The translations under genes were made by a program, and so were the position numbers. A stretch of DNA of 64,000 nucleotides from Squalus acanthias. Taxonomy: Eukaryota. Numbering within the stretch: position 1 is the stretch's first letter; the number at the start of each line of letters is the position of its first letter. Location of the stretch: contig CM059429.1 of assembly GCA_030390025.1 (NCBI GenBank), positions 32,736,001-32,800,000 on the forward strand, in the 5' to 3' direction. Positions 1 to 13,393 of this stretch are shown one piece after another. The notes below the pieces were generated by a model that was not told where the DNA came from, did no database searches, and worked only from the letters and a program-made list of their open reading frames with translations.

Positions 1-3000
1 TGCCACAGGAGATCAACCAATATATTTCATTTTTGACTAAATTTCCTACCTGTGTCATACTCTGTGAATGGAATGTTCCAAAAATTACAAAACAATTGTC
101 AGTAAGTGTCATTGTGAATTAGCACATGAAGAACTTTGTGCCTTGTTCAAAGTTTCTGCTGAACATCCAAAGGTTTGCCAGCGAATTGTATATTCTTATA
201 CTTGAATAAATCCAAAACACTAAAGTACAGTGCAGTGTTACATTTATAAACTAAAATAGCTTTTATAAAGCTATTTGAAGTGCATTAAATTCAATAAAAG
301 ATAACAGAAAATCTTGTACACATGAAATAGGGAAAAATTGGAAATACTATACATTTCTAATGCTCAGTAAACAATCTTTCCTTGCTGGAAAAAAAAACCA
401 GGGCCAAGTATTCTAACATTACTGCTGAGATCACAAGATGTGTGTTTCCAGGAAGACGTGAAAGAAATGGGGTTTGCAGTTACATTATCCAGTTTCTGTT
501 GAGGTCAGAAAGATGTAAGATCTGACAGTGGAGGTCAAGGAAACTTAGACCCTTGGTTATGGCCAGAAGCTATTCACCTAATCATTCAGAAAGGCCTGTC
601 AATCACCATATCTGCAACGAAGCTGTCATCCTCCTTACATGATAAAGATACAACACAATCTGGTTAATTAGGGCTGCAAAAACTGCATATTATTTTTCCA
701 GTGTCACATAATGAGCATAAGTATATAGGAGCATTTAACCTATTGCCCTCATCAAGAGACTTCGGATTTTTCTTTTGTAAAGGTAACAGGGTAGTGAGGT
801 GCTGAAGGCAAAAGATTAAAATATTATATGTGTATTGCGTGTATATATCTAATTGGAATTGAGGGTATTGTTTTAATTGTTCTTTAGGAAGGTTTTGACA
901 ATTAATAGTTACCGCAAGGGTAAATGAGCCCAGATAGTTGAGATGAATTACAGATGCCTGGATTTATTCAGCCAGAAAATGTAGCCTCTTTGACAGTACT
1001 GGTAAAGATTACAGCAGCACAATGAGAAAACGATGGTGAAACATTGTCATTGTTCATATCACAGGAGAAGGTTGTGTTGTCTCGTACGAGTTGATCTGAG
1101 TAGCAAATGTTCAGAATAACAACGCACCTTAGTGAAATCTAGCTCTGTGCACAAATGCCCTCAGAATAATGATTATATGTAGAACTGTTACTTGTCACGT
1201 CTCCACATTGTAGTTCCATTCCAGTCCAACTGGCTGCAGTACATGCTCACTGTAAAGATGCTCTGCAGTATTACAGTGTTTTAAACTTTTCCTTGTTTAT
1301 TTTGTAATTAGAGAATCACATATCTATTTCTTAACGTGATAAATATTTCAGGACTGTACAGGCACTGTATGAACAATATCATTTTCAGAGCATAAAAAGT
1401 GTGGAACCTCAAGATAGACAAGGTCTCCTTTCATTAACGTTAATTGCGTTGAATATGTCTGCACTAGGATATATTTTCTCTTGTTCACTGCCCTAATCCC
1501 ACAGTCCAAGCAACAAAATGATTATAATTGATGGAAATTAAGTTATACTTGATTTTAAAACTTGCTCTTCTATTTCAGGGAAAGGATTGTATAAAAATCC
1601 ATTCACCGCTTCACCGATAAATGATGAATGATACCTACATATCTCGCTTTCTTCAGTGCAGCAGCTTTTCATTTTGATAGTATTTCCAATATGTGTAAAA
1701 GTTTAATTGTATTATAGGACTTTGTGGAACGATTATGAATTTATAGAATGTGATGCATAATGGCAGGACTTACTAGACTACAATTCAGTCTTAGAACTGT
1801 CTATGAATGTCAGCAGAGATTGAATCTCTGACTGTGACGTACATATATACTAACTATCTGTGTTGATATGTAAATATAAACAACAGTAGGCGTATGGTAG
1901 AGGGGGGATGTAAGTTTTTTGTGGGACCCTGCAAAATGGAGGTTACAGCTATAGAAAAATAGTTTCACCTGATATGGAAATTATCATACAAAGTTAAATC
2001 TGCCTGCTACACAACTGTTATTTTATTGTGTAAATATTGTGATGAGAAATTGCAACCATATAGTATTTTTAACCATATAAGAGCCTTTCTAATTTTTGGA
2101 TCCCAAGACTTAAAGTTTATTTTGAAGCAATAATTAGAATTGTTATTCAAAAACAATCCAAAAAGAGTTGGATAGTGTGTGCAACTTTAAAAAAAAAAAA
2201 TCTCAGTAACATAAAAACACTGATTTTAATTTTTACTAACATTTAAGCAAACCTGTTGGGGATTATTAGTCTTCAATTTTTTTTGTCTGTGCACTGTCAA
2301 AACAAATCATAGTAAAAAATGCATGCTCAGTTTTATATCCATCTATCCTCATTCAAATTAGAAATTCTTCCAAATTGTACAATAATCTGTAGTGCTTCTA
2401 AAACTGGATGCGCAACGGAAGGGAAAATAAAAGAAAAGTTACAGCTGAAGGCCTGATGAAGAGAGAAGTTTTTTGGAGGCTTTTGAAAGTAGGGACCTTT
2501 GGACAATTGTTTGCAGTCAAATTGGAGAGCAGGGTAGGGACTGTGATACTGTGGTCTAGAATGTTAAATTCATTAATGCTGTGTTTGTGTTGTGTATGTC
2601 TTCGACACATATAGGTCTGTTAATGCCAACAGCAGAGCTTGGAATGGCAGTATTCCAGGTCTATCGCCTTAAGCTGGTGGGGGTTCATTGTACTTGTACA
2701 TTATAAAAGGTTTCAGTTTGCAAATCAACATGGTGTATCTGGGGTCAAATTCCCAGTGGAAAGGAATGGACGCTATAAAGTTGTACTGAACTCTGTACAA
2801 CTATTTCATTTTCATGTGCGTAATGCTTCCGGAATCATTTTTGGGCTTGAATGGCAGAATTACATTGAATTTCAAAATAGTGGAGAATGCACACAGGTGT
2901 CAAAGCTCAAAGGTTTTCTGTGGAGGGGTATGCTTCCAGACCCAGCTGGAAAATAAGTTCCTTCCTTCAGACCTCAGATCGCCCTTCAGAAATGTTTTAA

Positions 3001-3239
3001 TCCATAACTGCTGCTAAACATGCTTTAGTGTATTTTAGGTTTTTCCTTCATTATAAGTGATGGAATGTTGAATATCCCTGCATCTTAAATTTGATAATTT
3101 TTAGGCCTGTTTTCTTTGTTGGAGTTTTTATCTTTCCTGAGACTAGGTCAATTTTTTTTGAACTGTTGGCCAGCTTTTACTAGATTTTTGGTGTGCATCT
3201 GTGAAGTCCCTCCATATCATTTGTTATTTTATATACTAT

Positions 3240-3510
3240 GGGGTTGAAATTCAGCTTCATTCGCCCATTTATTGGGCATAAAATGAACGCTGGAAGAATG
3301 AATTTCAGGTCACGACCATCCGCACTCGATTTTTCCAGCAGTTGTGCCGGTCACCATATTGGAAGCGGACATCTTTTAGGTGTCCAAGGCACTCGCCTGA
3401 AACAAGCGTTAAGCACCTTGCATATGCAAACCGGGGTCCTAATATCTGTTGTAGGACCCCAATGCAAAATTCGGGTACAATTGCATTGTGCAAGGACCAG
3501 CGGGTGAAGC
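3240..3510. mobile_element. Degenerate Harbinger-type MITE fragment (one end)
   Basis: Begins GGGGTTGAAATTC, like the TIRs of other MITEs here. Contains the GGGGTCCT...AGGACCCC subterminal palindrome. No partner TIR found. Confidence 0.4.
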
Positions 3511-6500
3511 AATTGCTATGTCGACTTGACACCTTTTTTGAGCATATCCAATTTCTCCCTCATGACTCTAACTAGAAAAAAAATGGTTTAAACAGACATT
3601 TCTGAGATTATGTTTACACACCCGTTTAGTATTGCTGCAAAGTGGAAATCACTTCACTGCCACAGTAACATTGGTGCGTACACAGAAAATTAAATAAGCA
3701 ATCTGACTGTCATCACACTAAGAATGGTAAACTAAAAGCCCAGCTGCAATTCCCCAATCACAGTATAAAATGCAGTCTTCAGAGTTTCAAAGTCCTCCTT
3801 CCTGTCGCAAGAGCCTTTCAGCATTCTGACATCGATGAGCAAGGAGCTTCTATCACCAGATGAGCTTTTCCTTTGCATAAGTAAATGTCAGGCATGATGC
3901 CATCGCAGCAATGTCTGACGTCAGAACAAAAACTGACGTTGCAAAGAGGAAATGAGATCAAATCTGGAAGAGGCCAAATAAATCAGCTCTCCAGAATCAT
4001 AGTGAACTCGAAAGCAATTCGATTGGCATTCACTTTTTGAAGCGTAACTGTGCCCTAAGGAGAAAGTCAAGAAATTTTAATGAGAGTAGCCAATATTGCC
4101 ATAATATTCACGACAGGATAAAATATCTGAATGCAATGTCCAAAAAGCAGAGATTATAATGGAGCTGCTTTACAGAGTAATTGTGCAAATAGTACAAAAA
4201 AGGTTGCTTGTGTGTGTGAAAATCGGCAGTTCTCTTAATCTATCAGCAGAAGCTTGTGTGTATAACTATTGATGCAGATTCTCCGAGTTATAGAACCGCT
4301 AATTCCCAATTTAAAGTGTTACATGAATTGCTGCTGAATATAAAAGACACCCAACGTGAATGAATTTAAAACTGCTTCTTGTATTCTGTTGATTTGTCAT
4401 TAAATACTCTTGTTTATGTAGTTATTGTACAGATATCTTTCAGTTACTGGACTCCTGCTAAAATACTACTCCAGTCGTTTGGTTGAGTTTAAGAATTCTA
4501 ATAATGTTTATGAAAGAACTGTACTGACGGCATGAAGAATTAGAGTTTCCATTACAATCTAAAAGCATCTGGGATAAGAAATTACACAGTCTTTCCCACC
4601 CCACCCCAAACAAACATTGGCAATAGTCACTGGAGAACACAGAATGCAGTTTGTAAAAGATTTCTCTTCCAATTGATTAATTCCAAGTATTCGTTTTTCC
4701 GCACAACTGTCAGTTTGGATAAATACCTTTTTATAATTTCATGAAAAAGAGTTATCAGTAAGTTTTATAATGTCAAGTACTGTGTAGAGGCAATGGTTTG
4801 GAATCGCCATTCTTTCTAAAGTTTATAATTTTTGGTTCTTTTCTTCACTCTTTGAGTGAATAAAGGAATGTGTAATTTTTTTAAATTCGGTTCATTCTGA
4901 AGCAGAACTGCAGTGGGTTAAATAAGGTTTGGCACTGCTTCCCAGGCAGTGTTTAGAACAAAGTATTACAAAGCTTAATCAAAAATCTACGGTCTACAGT
5001 ACATCGTTTGAGAAACCCTAAACATTTTTGTTGTCGCAATTCGGCAGTTTATTTCTGAGCTTTCTGCACACAGCACCTGTACAGAGAACCACCCTAACCA
5101 GGTTTCCTAGACCATCAATCTGTGGGATCCAACAGCTTAGCATAAAAGCAAAGCTTGAAATAGAAGACGAAAATTGCACAGCAGCAGGATAGGAGTCAGC
5201 TATCTGAGGGCTCCAACTGAAACTCCATCCTCTCATATTAAATTTCCACTCACTTTTTCATATCACAGTCACCTGACCCCATTCCAGTGGCTGGATTGGT
5301 GTTTTTGCCTGCAGACTAGGTAATGATGTAACAGGAGTGTGTGGGAAACAGAACTCTGTACCACACTGTGTGATAAATACAATTTTCCCACTGATTTGCC
5401 CTGCCTGGATACTAATTTGCTTAGTCAACTAGGTTCTGCCACTGGTTATCAAGAAATTTGAACTGGTGCAGCATTAAATGACATGGTTCTCAAACTGCCG
5501 TGCTTCTGACAGAACCAGAAACCAAGAAACTTAAATGAATTTGAATGAACAGTGGTAAACAGCATTTAACAAAATTGTTTTGATTAAGTGAAGTCCTAAA
5601 TAAAATCATGGCTCATTGCCTCCGTGTCACCATTTAACTCTTTCATTACTTTGACACAGTTTCTTAGAGTAGTGAAAATCTTGCTTTGAATGAGCTTTTG
5701 TTTTACTGCTTGTTGTTGAGGAATAAAGACAACAAGGAAGTTTTAAAAAAATCGCAGGTGAAATATATAAACATGACACAAATAAAACACTTTGTGAGAG
5801 GTCCAACAAATTATCTGAAAGTTTAAATTCTGTTTTTCATTTAAAGTTCAAGTTTTGACACATTTCGAAGAAAGCTCCTGTAATTACAGTAACTATCCAC
5901 TTTAAAAAAAAAAGCCTTTTGACATGGGAGAGAACGGAAGGAGGAAAAAAATCATTGAAGAATGTTTGTCACATCTTCTCCCAAGGCAGCCCTGCTTTGT
6001 GATATTCTATAATGGACCCTGGTTGAACATTTGACCTTTTAGCCAATATGCAATTCTTTTAGCATGGCTACTTCGTTCTTTTCTTCGAGCCTTGTGGAGA
6101 GCACTGTGTCCCTTTGGTTTTCCTAACTCGTCGGTCCACCAAGAGTAACCTTATTTCATAATCAATGCCTGTGTTTTTAAACTGAGACTTGTCATTCACT
6201 AATTTGATTTTTTTGAAATGAACATTTACTTTAAAAAAACACCGTAGGAACCTCATAACCCAGCAAAGTGCAATTTTGCTTTAAGAACAGAAAAGGTGAC
6301 AGAGATATCCCGCATCTGCAGTGCACCTCTATTCAAAAATAGCTGCAGCTGAGTAAAATTAAAATGATTTAAAGCTTGATTTTTTTTTCCAGCATGGTGA
6401 CTAGTGATTATGGCATTGAAAGCTGCTACTAACTGTGATAGCATTGGATTAGGTCTATTCAAGATGGAAATGCACTCTGAAGGTCAAACCTTCAAAACTT

Positions 6501-7924
6501 TTTATTCCAAAGATTGTGGGAGACTCGTATGGAAATTTCCATATTGTGATTGCACTTTTTGAAAACGGGCAGCGTTGTATATTAGTAGACCTGCACTCCT
6601 CTGTTATTCCAGATACAGAAATGGACTGATTTGCTTACAAGCAGGAATTTCTGCATTGCACAACAGAAATTCTCGACAAGAATACCCCATTCATGTTTTT
6701 AACTGAATTAACCTGGCATTAACTGTGCCTTGCATCCACCTTCAGAAATTTGTCTCCATCTTTCAGATGCAATATCCATGTGTAAATTCTTTGCCCATAG
6801 TACTAATGTCAAATGATGGCCTTTTTAGGTTATTTTCTAATTTAAAATGTTTACAAACAGAAAAGAGTTATGCTTTTCTGTTGACTTCAGTAAATCACTC
6901 CAGCATACAGCAGTAAAGCCTTCTAGCTTTTTTCAATGATTGACTTAATGCTGTGTGCAGTTTAGAGTTAAACTAAATTTGGGAGCAATATATTCCTGCA
7001 ACAAAGTTAAACACTATGCAAACCTAAGCAGTGAACAGTGCTGGATTAAGAAGAGAATGGCTTGCTCTCCTAAGAGCCGTCAGGGTAAAGGGGAATGTTC
7101 CTATCGGTGCCCTTTAAAAATAACCAAGAATGAATTTTAACTGTTGCTTATTACTTCTTGGGAACATCTTTGTTCAAATAGCGAGTGTGGTGAAATCACA
7201 GTTACCCTGGGTTACTGAACCCAAGACACAGAGAGGGATATGAATTAATCACTGAATCTATAAATACTAAAATTTGAACCTGGTCTTCACAGTCTCCAGC
7301 TTAGGAATTTGTCTTTATTTAGTTTCACTGATTGTGTCCTCATTGTTCAATGTTTATTACAAAAGAATTCAGCTAAAAAGGGGGATTTTAAAGGAGCTAT
7401 AATTAAAATCACTGGAACATTAATGATTTGAGATTGAGCTGTCCTGTTTGTGGTAATGTTTAAAACGATTTAGTATTTACAGCAGAATGGTTATTTTGAC
7501 ATTAATCCTACTTTTGGCATAAATTCTACAAAGTTAATTCATCATGGGTACAGTGCATTTACACATAAGTAAGAATTTTTATCAACTTAACAGCAATAAC
7601 TACTTGGCTTTTATATAGCACTTTTAATATAGAAAATGTCTCAAAGTGCTTTACATAGGAAGAAAAAAAATGAAAGGAATAAAGAAGCACTTGCTGAAAC
7701 ACAGTGTAAGTTTGGAGAAGTAACTGAAAGCTTAGTCCAAAAGATCATTTTTTAAAACTTGTTGAAAGAAGTGGAGAGGTTTAAGCAAAGAATTCTAGAG
7801 AGTAGGGAAAGAGGCGGCTGAAGGCTGTGCTACCAATGGTGGGACAAAGGGGCGAGGGGGTTGCACAAAAGACCAGAATAAGAAGACCAAAGGGTGCAGG
7901 AGGGAATGGAAGGCTGGAGAAGGT

Positions 7925-8579
7925 GCGCACGCGCCTGTAGGCATGCGCTAAAACCCGACACTTGCGATCTTCTTGACAACAAGAATCTTCTTGACAGATC
8001 CTCCGCATCCCCAGGAAAAGGGCCTCTGCGGACGGAGAGTTGCGCTATTTGCCCAACTTCCACCTGCTGAATGCCCGGCTTTTACCAGCATAAGAGTTTT
8101 AAAAAATAGAAAAATAAAATGTTATCACTCATTTATACTTTAAAAACCCTGTCCAATAAGGTAAGTTTATTTTTAGCCCCATTAAAACATATACATCTTT
8201 TTTTCAAAAAATTTAATTTTTGTTTAAAATATTTAATAAAATGGCATTTTAATTCATTTTAACTATGTAATTTTAAAAAAATTATTTCATGTGTTCGTGT
8301 ATTTTTCAAGTGATTCCCATTCATAATTATGGAGATTCCGTTTGTATGGAACTCCCATAAGCATGAATGGGGATTCCCTTCTTTCATTGGTTGGGCCGGC
8401 CCACGTGATCCCAGGGGCGCTTGCAAACCGCATGCACCCCTGGGATATGTGGGCCTCTGCCCGTGGGTATCTGGAGAGGCCCAGGAGTGTGAATCTCCGT
8501 ACCTCCATGTAAATTCGTAGATTTTTTTCAGGTTGGAGGCATCCGCCCATGGGAAGCCTCCGACCACAAATTTTGGGCC
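7925..8579. mobile_element. Harbinger-type MITE, left end deleted, nested in L2
   Basis: GC/CpG-rich arms around an AT-rich core. Ends CACAAATTTTGGGCC followed by ATT. Related in reverse orientation to 28585-29582 (shared GGCCCACRTGATCCCAGGGG...CCCCTGGGATA block). Confidence 0.7.
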
Positions 8580-8717
8580 ATTACTTTGGAGAAGAACCAA
8601 TGTTAGTCAGCAAGGATGGACATGATTGGCGAACAGGAGGCATATGAGCAGCTGAGTTTTAGGCAAGTTAGAATTTATGGAGGATGGGAACCCAGCAAGG
8701 AAGACATTAAAGAAATT

Positions 8718-9205
8718 GGGGGCAAAATTCCCCTTGTTTGCGCCTCCAGTGGGAGGCGCTAACAGGGCGCAAATAGCTTTGCGCGCCCCCCCCCGAGGTG
8801 ATAACTGCGCCTCCCACAAAATTCAACGGGAGGTTAGCGGCGGCGCTACAGGTTTTCGCCCCGATCTTCTGCGCCCGGAGATCATGATGTCACCTCTGGG
8901 CACATCGAAGCAAAACTGCAAATGAGCATCTGGTGAATGATCGGACCTCCCCTTTAAGAGCTGCAAAGAAGCAGTGCGAGTGATCAAATCTGTTTGGAAC
9001 TCACCTGAAATTCAGCAGCTCTCTGGTGTTAGCGCCTCGGTAGCGCCCCACTGAGGACATTCACGCTTGATTTAGCGCCCCTCTCCCTTCCTGGGGCGAT
9101 GTCAGGGAACTTAGGTGAGGCTCAGAATCATTAGCGCTGGGCGCTAACTTTTCAAACTTTTTCCAGTTAGCGCCCCAAATGGCCCTCTAGGGGAATTTTG
9201 CCCCC
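8718..9205. mobile_element. PIF/Harbinger-type MITE with perfect TIRs
   Basis: 17-bp perfect TIR GGGGGCAAAATTCCCCT (8718-8734) / AGGGGAATTTTGCCCCC (9189-9205). ATT on both sides (8715-8717, 9206-9208). Removing it restores continuous L2 sequence. Confidence 0.9.
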
Positions 9206-11675
9206 ATTGAGTTTAGAGCTGACAAAGCATAGATAAGGGTTTCAGCAGCAGTAGAAGGAGATAGGGGTTGAAGCAAACAATATAGAGGATGTGGAAGTAA
9301 GTGGTCTTAGTGATTGATATGATATCAGATTTGAAGCTCAGTTCTGAGTTTAACATGCCGTCAAAGTTTCACACTAATTGCATCAGACTGAGCAGGTGGT
9401 TGAGGAGGGAATGGATTCAATGACAAGGAAATGGAGTTAGTAACATAGACCAAAAATGGGGGCTGCAGTCTTCCCGATATTCAGTTGGAGGAAATTTTGA
9501 CTAATCCATGACTTGATATCAGTCAGCTAGGTCAAGGGAGGCAGAAGGGTCAGGATGAGTGGAGGGTTAGAAGAGAGGGGCTTTGAGAGTGAAGGAGTGA
9601 GGGAGGTGGGGATTTTTTTCTCCAGAGAATAGATGGCGGTGGTAGGGGAAAGTAAAGGAATATGAGTGGGTATGGGAGACAAGCAAGTGGTCAGAGAAAG
9701 CCTGGTCAGTGTTTGAGACCTTGAAAGTGCAGAGGCCGGGAAAGCTGGTGAGGACGACAATGGCCATGGATATGATTGGGAGAGTTTATGTAAAGGGTAA
9801 GATTCACTAAAAGCAGGACAGCAAAGAAGTTAGAAGATCGGGAGCTAGGGGAGGTTAAGTGTAGGTTGAAATCTCGAAGGATTAGTTGAAGCTCAGTGAT
9901 GAGACTAAGGAGATCGTGGGGTGAAGTTAGCTTGTGGCTACACCATGACATTGCCTCTGCAATACTTTTATTTTGAAATACTATAATGGCCTGATTTCCT
10001 GGAAGAAGATAAACTGAACTGAATATAGAAGTGGTGTAAAGTGACTGTTTAACAAGTAGTCACTGAAAAATGAAATGATTCATATTGATATTTTTCCATA
10101 GTATAAAGAAAAGGTTAGAAATTAACTTCACTCCTGAGTATGCTAGTTTGGGAGGGAATTCAGCACTATTGGTGTAAAATTTTGGAGAAGGCATCCTACA
10201 AGGACTGAATGCAGGATCAGTCTGTGAAAGCATTTGGCGCATCGGCCACTAATATATGAAGCTGCCTTAACAACCCTGGCATCAGAGGACTCCAGGGACC
10301 TGTGACTGGTCACATCCAAGTTATGTGAAGGAAAGTGGAAGGGAATGAATTGGAACAACATTCATGAGAAGACCAATCTCGTTGCCCAGCAATCTGGGAA
10401 AGCATGATATAGCATTGACATGCCCCTATATAGCTACTTGAAGTCAACTTGAACAATAGTAAATGCACTTTTGGAGCCTGAGCTACCACAGCATTTCCTT
10501 TCTCCTGTTTCAAGGTATTGAGTGAGAGAAGGTTGGAGAAACGGGTCCTGATTCCTCTGGAATGTGTCCCTTTGTGTTTTCAAGATGTAAGCAAACATAA
10601 TGGTTATGACAACGGGAAGAACATTAGGATGAATTAAGATGGGTCAAATAGCCTTCCTCATCCATAATTATTCTGTGCTAATTGCATCCTTTTTCAAGGT
10701 AGCCCTGAGATGATCTTGCAAGTAATGTGACATTCTCCAGACTTGCTGTTTTAGATGACTGCATTATTAAGCTCAGACATGGGGTGTTATTCCATGATCC
10801 CAGTGGTGGCTACCCTTTGCTCTTTCTTTGCTCCTTCTTTCTCCATCGTCAGACTCAATGGTGCATTTCTACAAGGAATCAATCATTTCGAATGTGATTA
10901 CAGATCTGTGCAGTTATGAAAGTACGATTGATAAATGTATGACTATATTCTGCATCATCAGAAGACATTTTGCTCCGAATGCTGCATAGGATATTTCACC
11001 ATCTTTTTTCTTAAGAGTATATTGGAGAATGAAGATAAAGGTGACAACTATTAAGAGTACATGTTTGGCATTCATTTGGTATTATGCCTGGATGTCTTTT
11101 ACCTGTCCAAGTCAGAGAGTCAATGCAATCATCTCTTTTCAGGTTTTTTTTTACAGTAAACGAAATGCTAGAATTCAAAACCAGTTTTGTTTAGGATTCC
11201 ACACATAACAACATCTCCGATCATGACAGCTTGGGGCAGATCTTCCTCTTCTACACTTGGGCTTATATAATTGCCTGGGTGAAGCACAGAGAAAAATCGA
11301 GGGGGAAAGATCACACACCAGTAATGCCACCCTTGCCCCAATTTTCCATCCATTACTTTAAATTAGCAGAAACATGGGTGGGATCCTTTAGAGGCATGCA
11401 ACCGCCTGCCCCCACCCCGCCCCCCCCACCCCACCCCCTGCCTGATTCTCCTTAATGCACTCTACCCAAACAATTATTTACATCCAAGCATGAAAAGGAG
11501 AATCTGCTCCCATGTGTTCAAATCCTGTAGTTGGAACAATTTTTAATTATTTTCTGGTGTTTGCATTCAAACTCACATGGCCATGTTTGTGGGTCTGCGC
11601 TTTGTGAATCTGTAGATGGTGGTGTAACTAGTTGCTTTATATGAACCCAATTTTTTTTATTCAATTGGGGGGGGG

Positions 11676-12635
11676 TGTACGAAAGGCTGATATTTAAAGA
11701 TATTTAGTAGATGAGAATCATATATGTATAACTTCAAGTGTAGCCATTGACCAAATAATATTACCCATAGTTACTCCTGGGTAACTAAAAAAGCTAAGAC
11801 TTGTTCAAAATGCAGCTGCAGACAGTCAAAAGCAGTTTTGACTAAGTTTTGATAACAAACAGCCCCAGACTGCAAGTGAAGGTCAAATCATTAAATTGCT
11901 AAGAAAAACATATTATAATGCTGAATAGAACTTAGAATTCGCTTAACAAAACTCATTGCAACAATATTTAAAGGATAATTAGTATCAATTCCAATAAAAT
12001 GAGAGAGCTCATGGAAGTTAAGGTATTTACCTGGTAGATTAAAGTGAGATAGTCTGGACCTCAAGACAAGTGAGACAGCAGAATGATATGGGCCCTTGGT
12101 ATAAAGGCCTTGTACCAGGGAGACATGAAATGAAAGAGATTGGTAAATTCCAATGGGGTGAAAAGCTATAAACAAGATAACACGACAGCGGAACAGGGTT
12201 AATGGAAATATACTGGAAAAGGAGTGGCCAGGTTACTAGCCTTAACCTGAGTGACAATGGTATTTTGACCATTAGAACCAATTAAAAAGGTGATTTTGTT
12301 AAAGACCATATATGGACACTGGCCAAACGAACTGTTGATAAGGAAAGGGTTAAAACCTCGATACTCAAAGAACAGCTTTACACAGAGATTTGCTGCGAAG
12401 AAAAGGAACAGACCTGCGACGACGTTGCCTGTGTCCGAAGGGCTCCAGAAACCACGGGCTGCGAGCTATTCGTTTTACTATCGCCTAATGTTAAGTATTA
12501 ATTACGCTGTAAGCTTAATAAATCTGATCTATTGCTCAAACATATTGGCTGCTGCCTATTTGTGTCTTGTCCAAGAACTCTGAGTGGTCACTTGACTGAC
12601 TCACAGGGGGAATGGGAAAGCTAGCCAAATAGACA
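11676..12635 (+). mobile_element. Possible LTR (solo or 3' LTR)
   Basis: TGT...ACA termini, G9 purine run immediately 5' of the TG, and AATAAA at 12517-12522 in an R/U5-like position. No TSD seen. Confidence 0.3.
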
Positions 12636-13254
12636 TTGATTAGAATTACAATTGTTTCTCTTTCCCAATTCTTTATTCAACACCTCTGTTCACAGTAGGT
12701 GCCAGGATTTACCACTGCTACCTTTTGCAAATGAAAACAAAACATCACTCTTAGGCAGTGTGTCTATTTGGGCCTCTACAGTGAAAGCCAAAAAATCTGG
12801 TTTATTCATTTTAGTAATAGAACCTCCACTTAAGCTGTGGAGGTGGTGATAGTCTCATTTACCAATAGGGTTCCTTAACTTTCACAGTGACAGTGGCAGC
12901 ACTTAATTCTGCTACCAAAATCAACTGCTGAACAGGTTGGAGAATGGACCAATCATAGATGAATGTTGTGCTTGGTTAAGTGGGTATTGAAGGGACATGT
13001 ATGCAGTGGTGCAGTTGGGGAATAAAAAATTGACTCGCACAACTGTTTTGAGCATTCTGTATACCTACAAATTCAATTGTGGTGTCCAGGACTTGTGGGG
13101 ACCCATTTATATTGAGCCCTGCTCAGCTCCAGTTAATGAAGAACGTGGTTTATTGTCCCAGTGTGAATTTTCCATTTTCCATACCAATATTCTTGTCATC
13201 TCTGAATCAACTACAGATTTTGTGCAATTTGTACAGACTTCTGAGCATCCCTTG

Positions 13255-13393
13255 AATTGAGCTCAGTCCATTTTCACTTTGGACCCTTACAGCTGTCAGA
13301 GAAAGGACATTTTCATTCAATCAACTTGTAATGGATTCAAGCTCAACTTCAAAGGTTAATGTGAAGTATTCTAACCATTGACCTACCTAGGCC
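13255..13393 (-). mobile_element. Old tRNA-headed SINE 5' fragment (LF-SINE-like)
   Basis: Minus strand has a decayed A/B-box head followed by CTGACAGCTGTAAGGGTCC..GTGAAA, resembling LF-SINE as I recall it. Confidence 0.35.

Larger units (their letters stand above)
7589..9945 (-). mobile_element. Old L2-clade LINE, internally deleted, interrupted by two MITEs
   Basis: The 3' end at 7589-7925 aligns by eye with the younger L2 copy at 59992-60571. 9527-9951 (minus) encodes APE-endonuclease-like motifs: LILRDFNLH (GDFN), SPNHIHGH, SDHLLV. Confidence 0.75.

Noticed and set aside
1579-1631. Terminal coding exon after TATTTCAG
   Set aside because: Only short frames with no recognisable protein and no upstream exon identified.
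11403-11445. C-rich tract as a functional G-quadruplex
   Set aside because: Low-complexity run with no supporting context.
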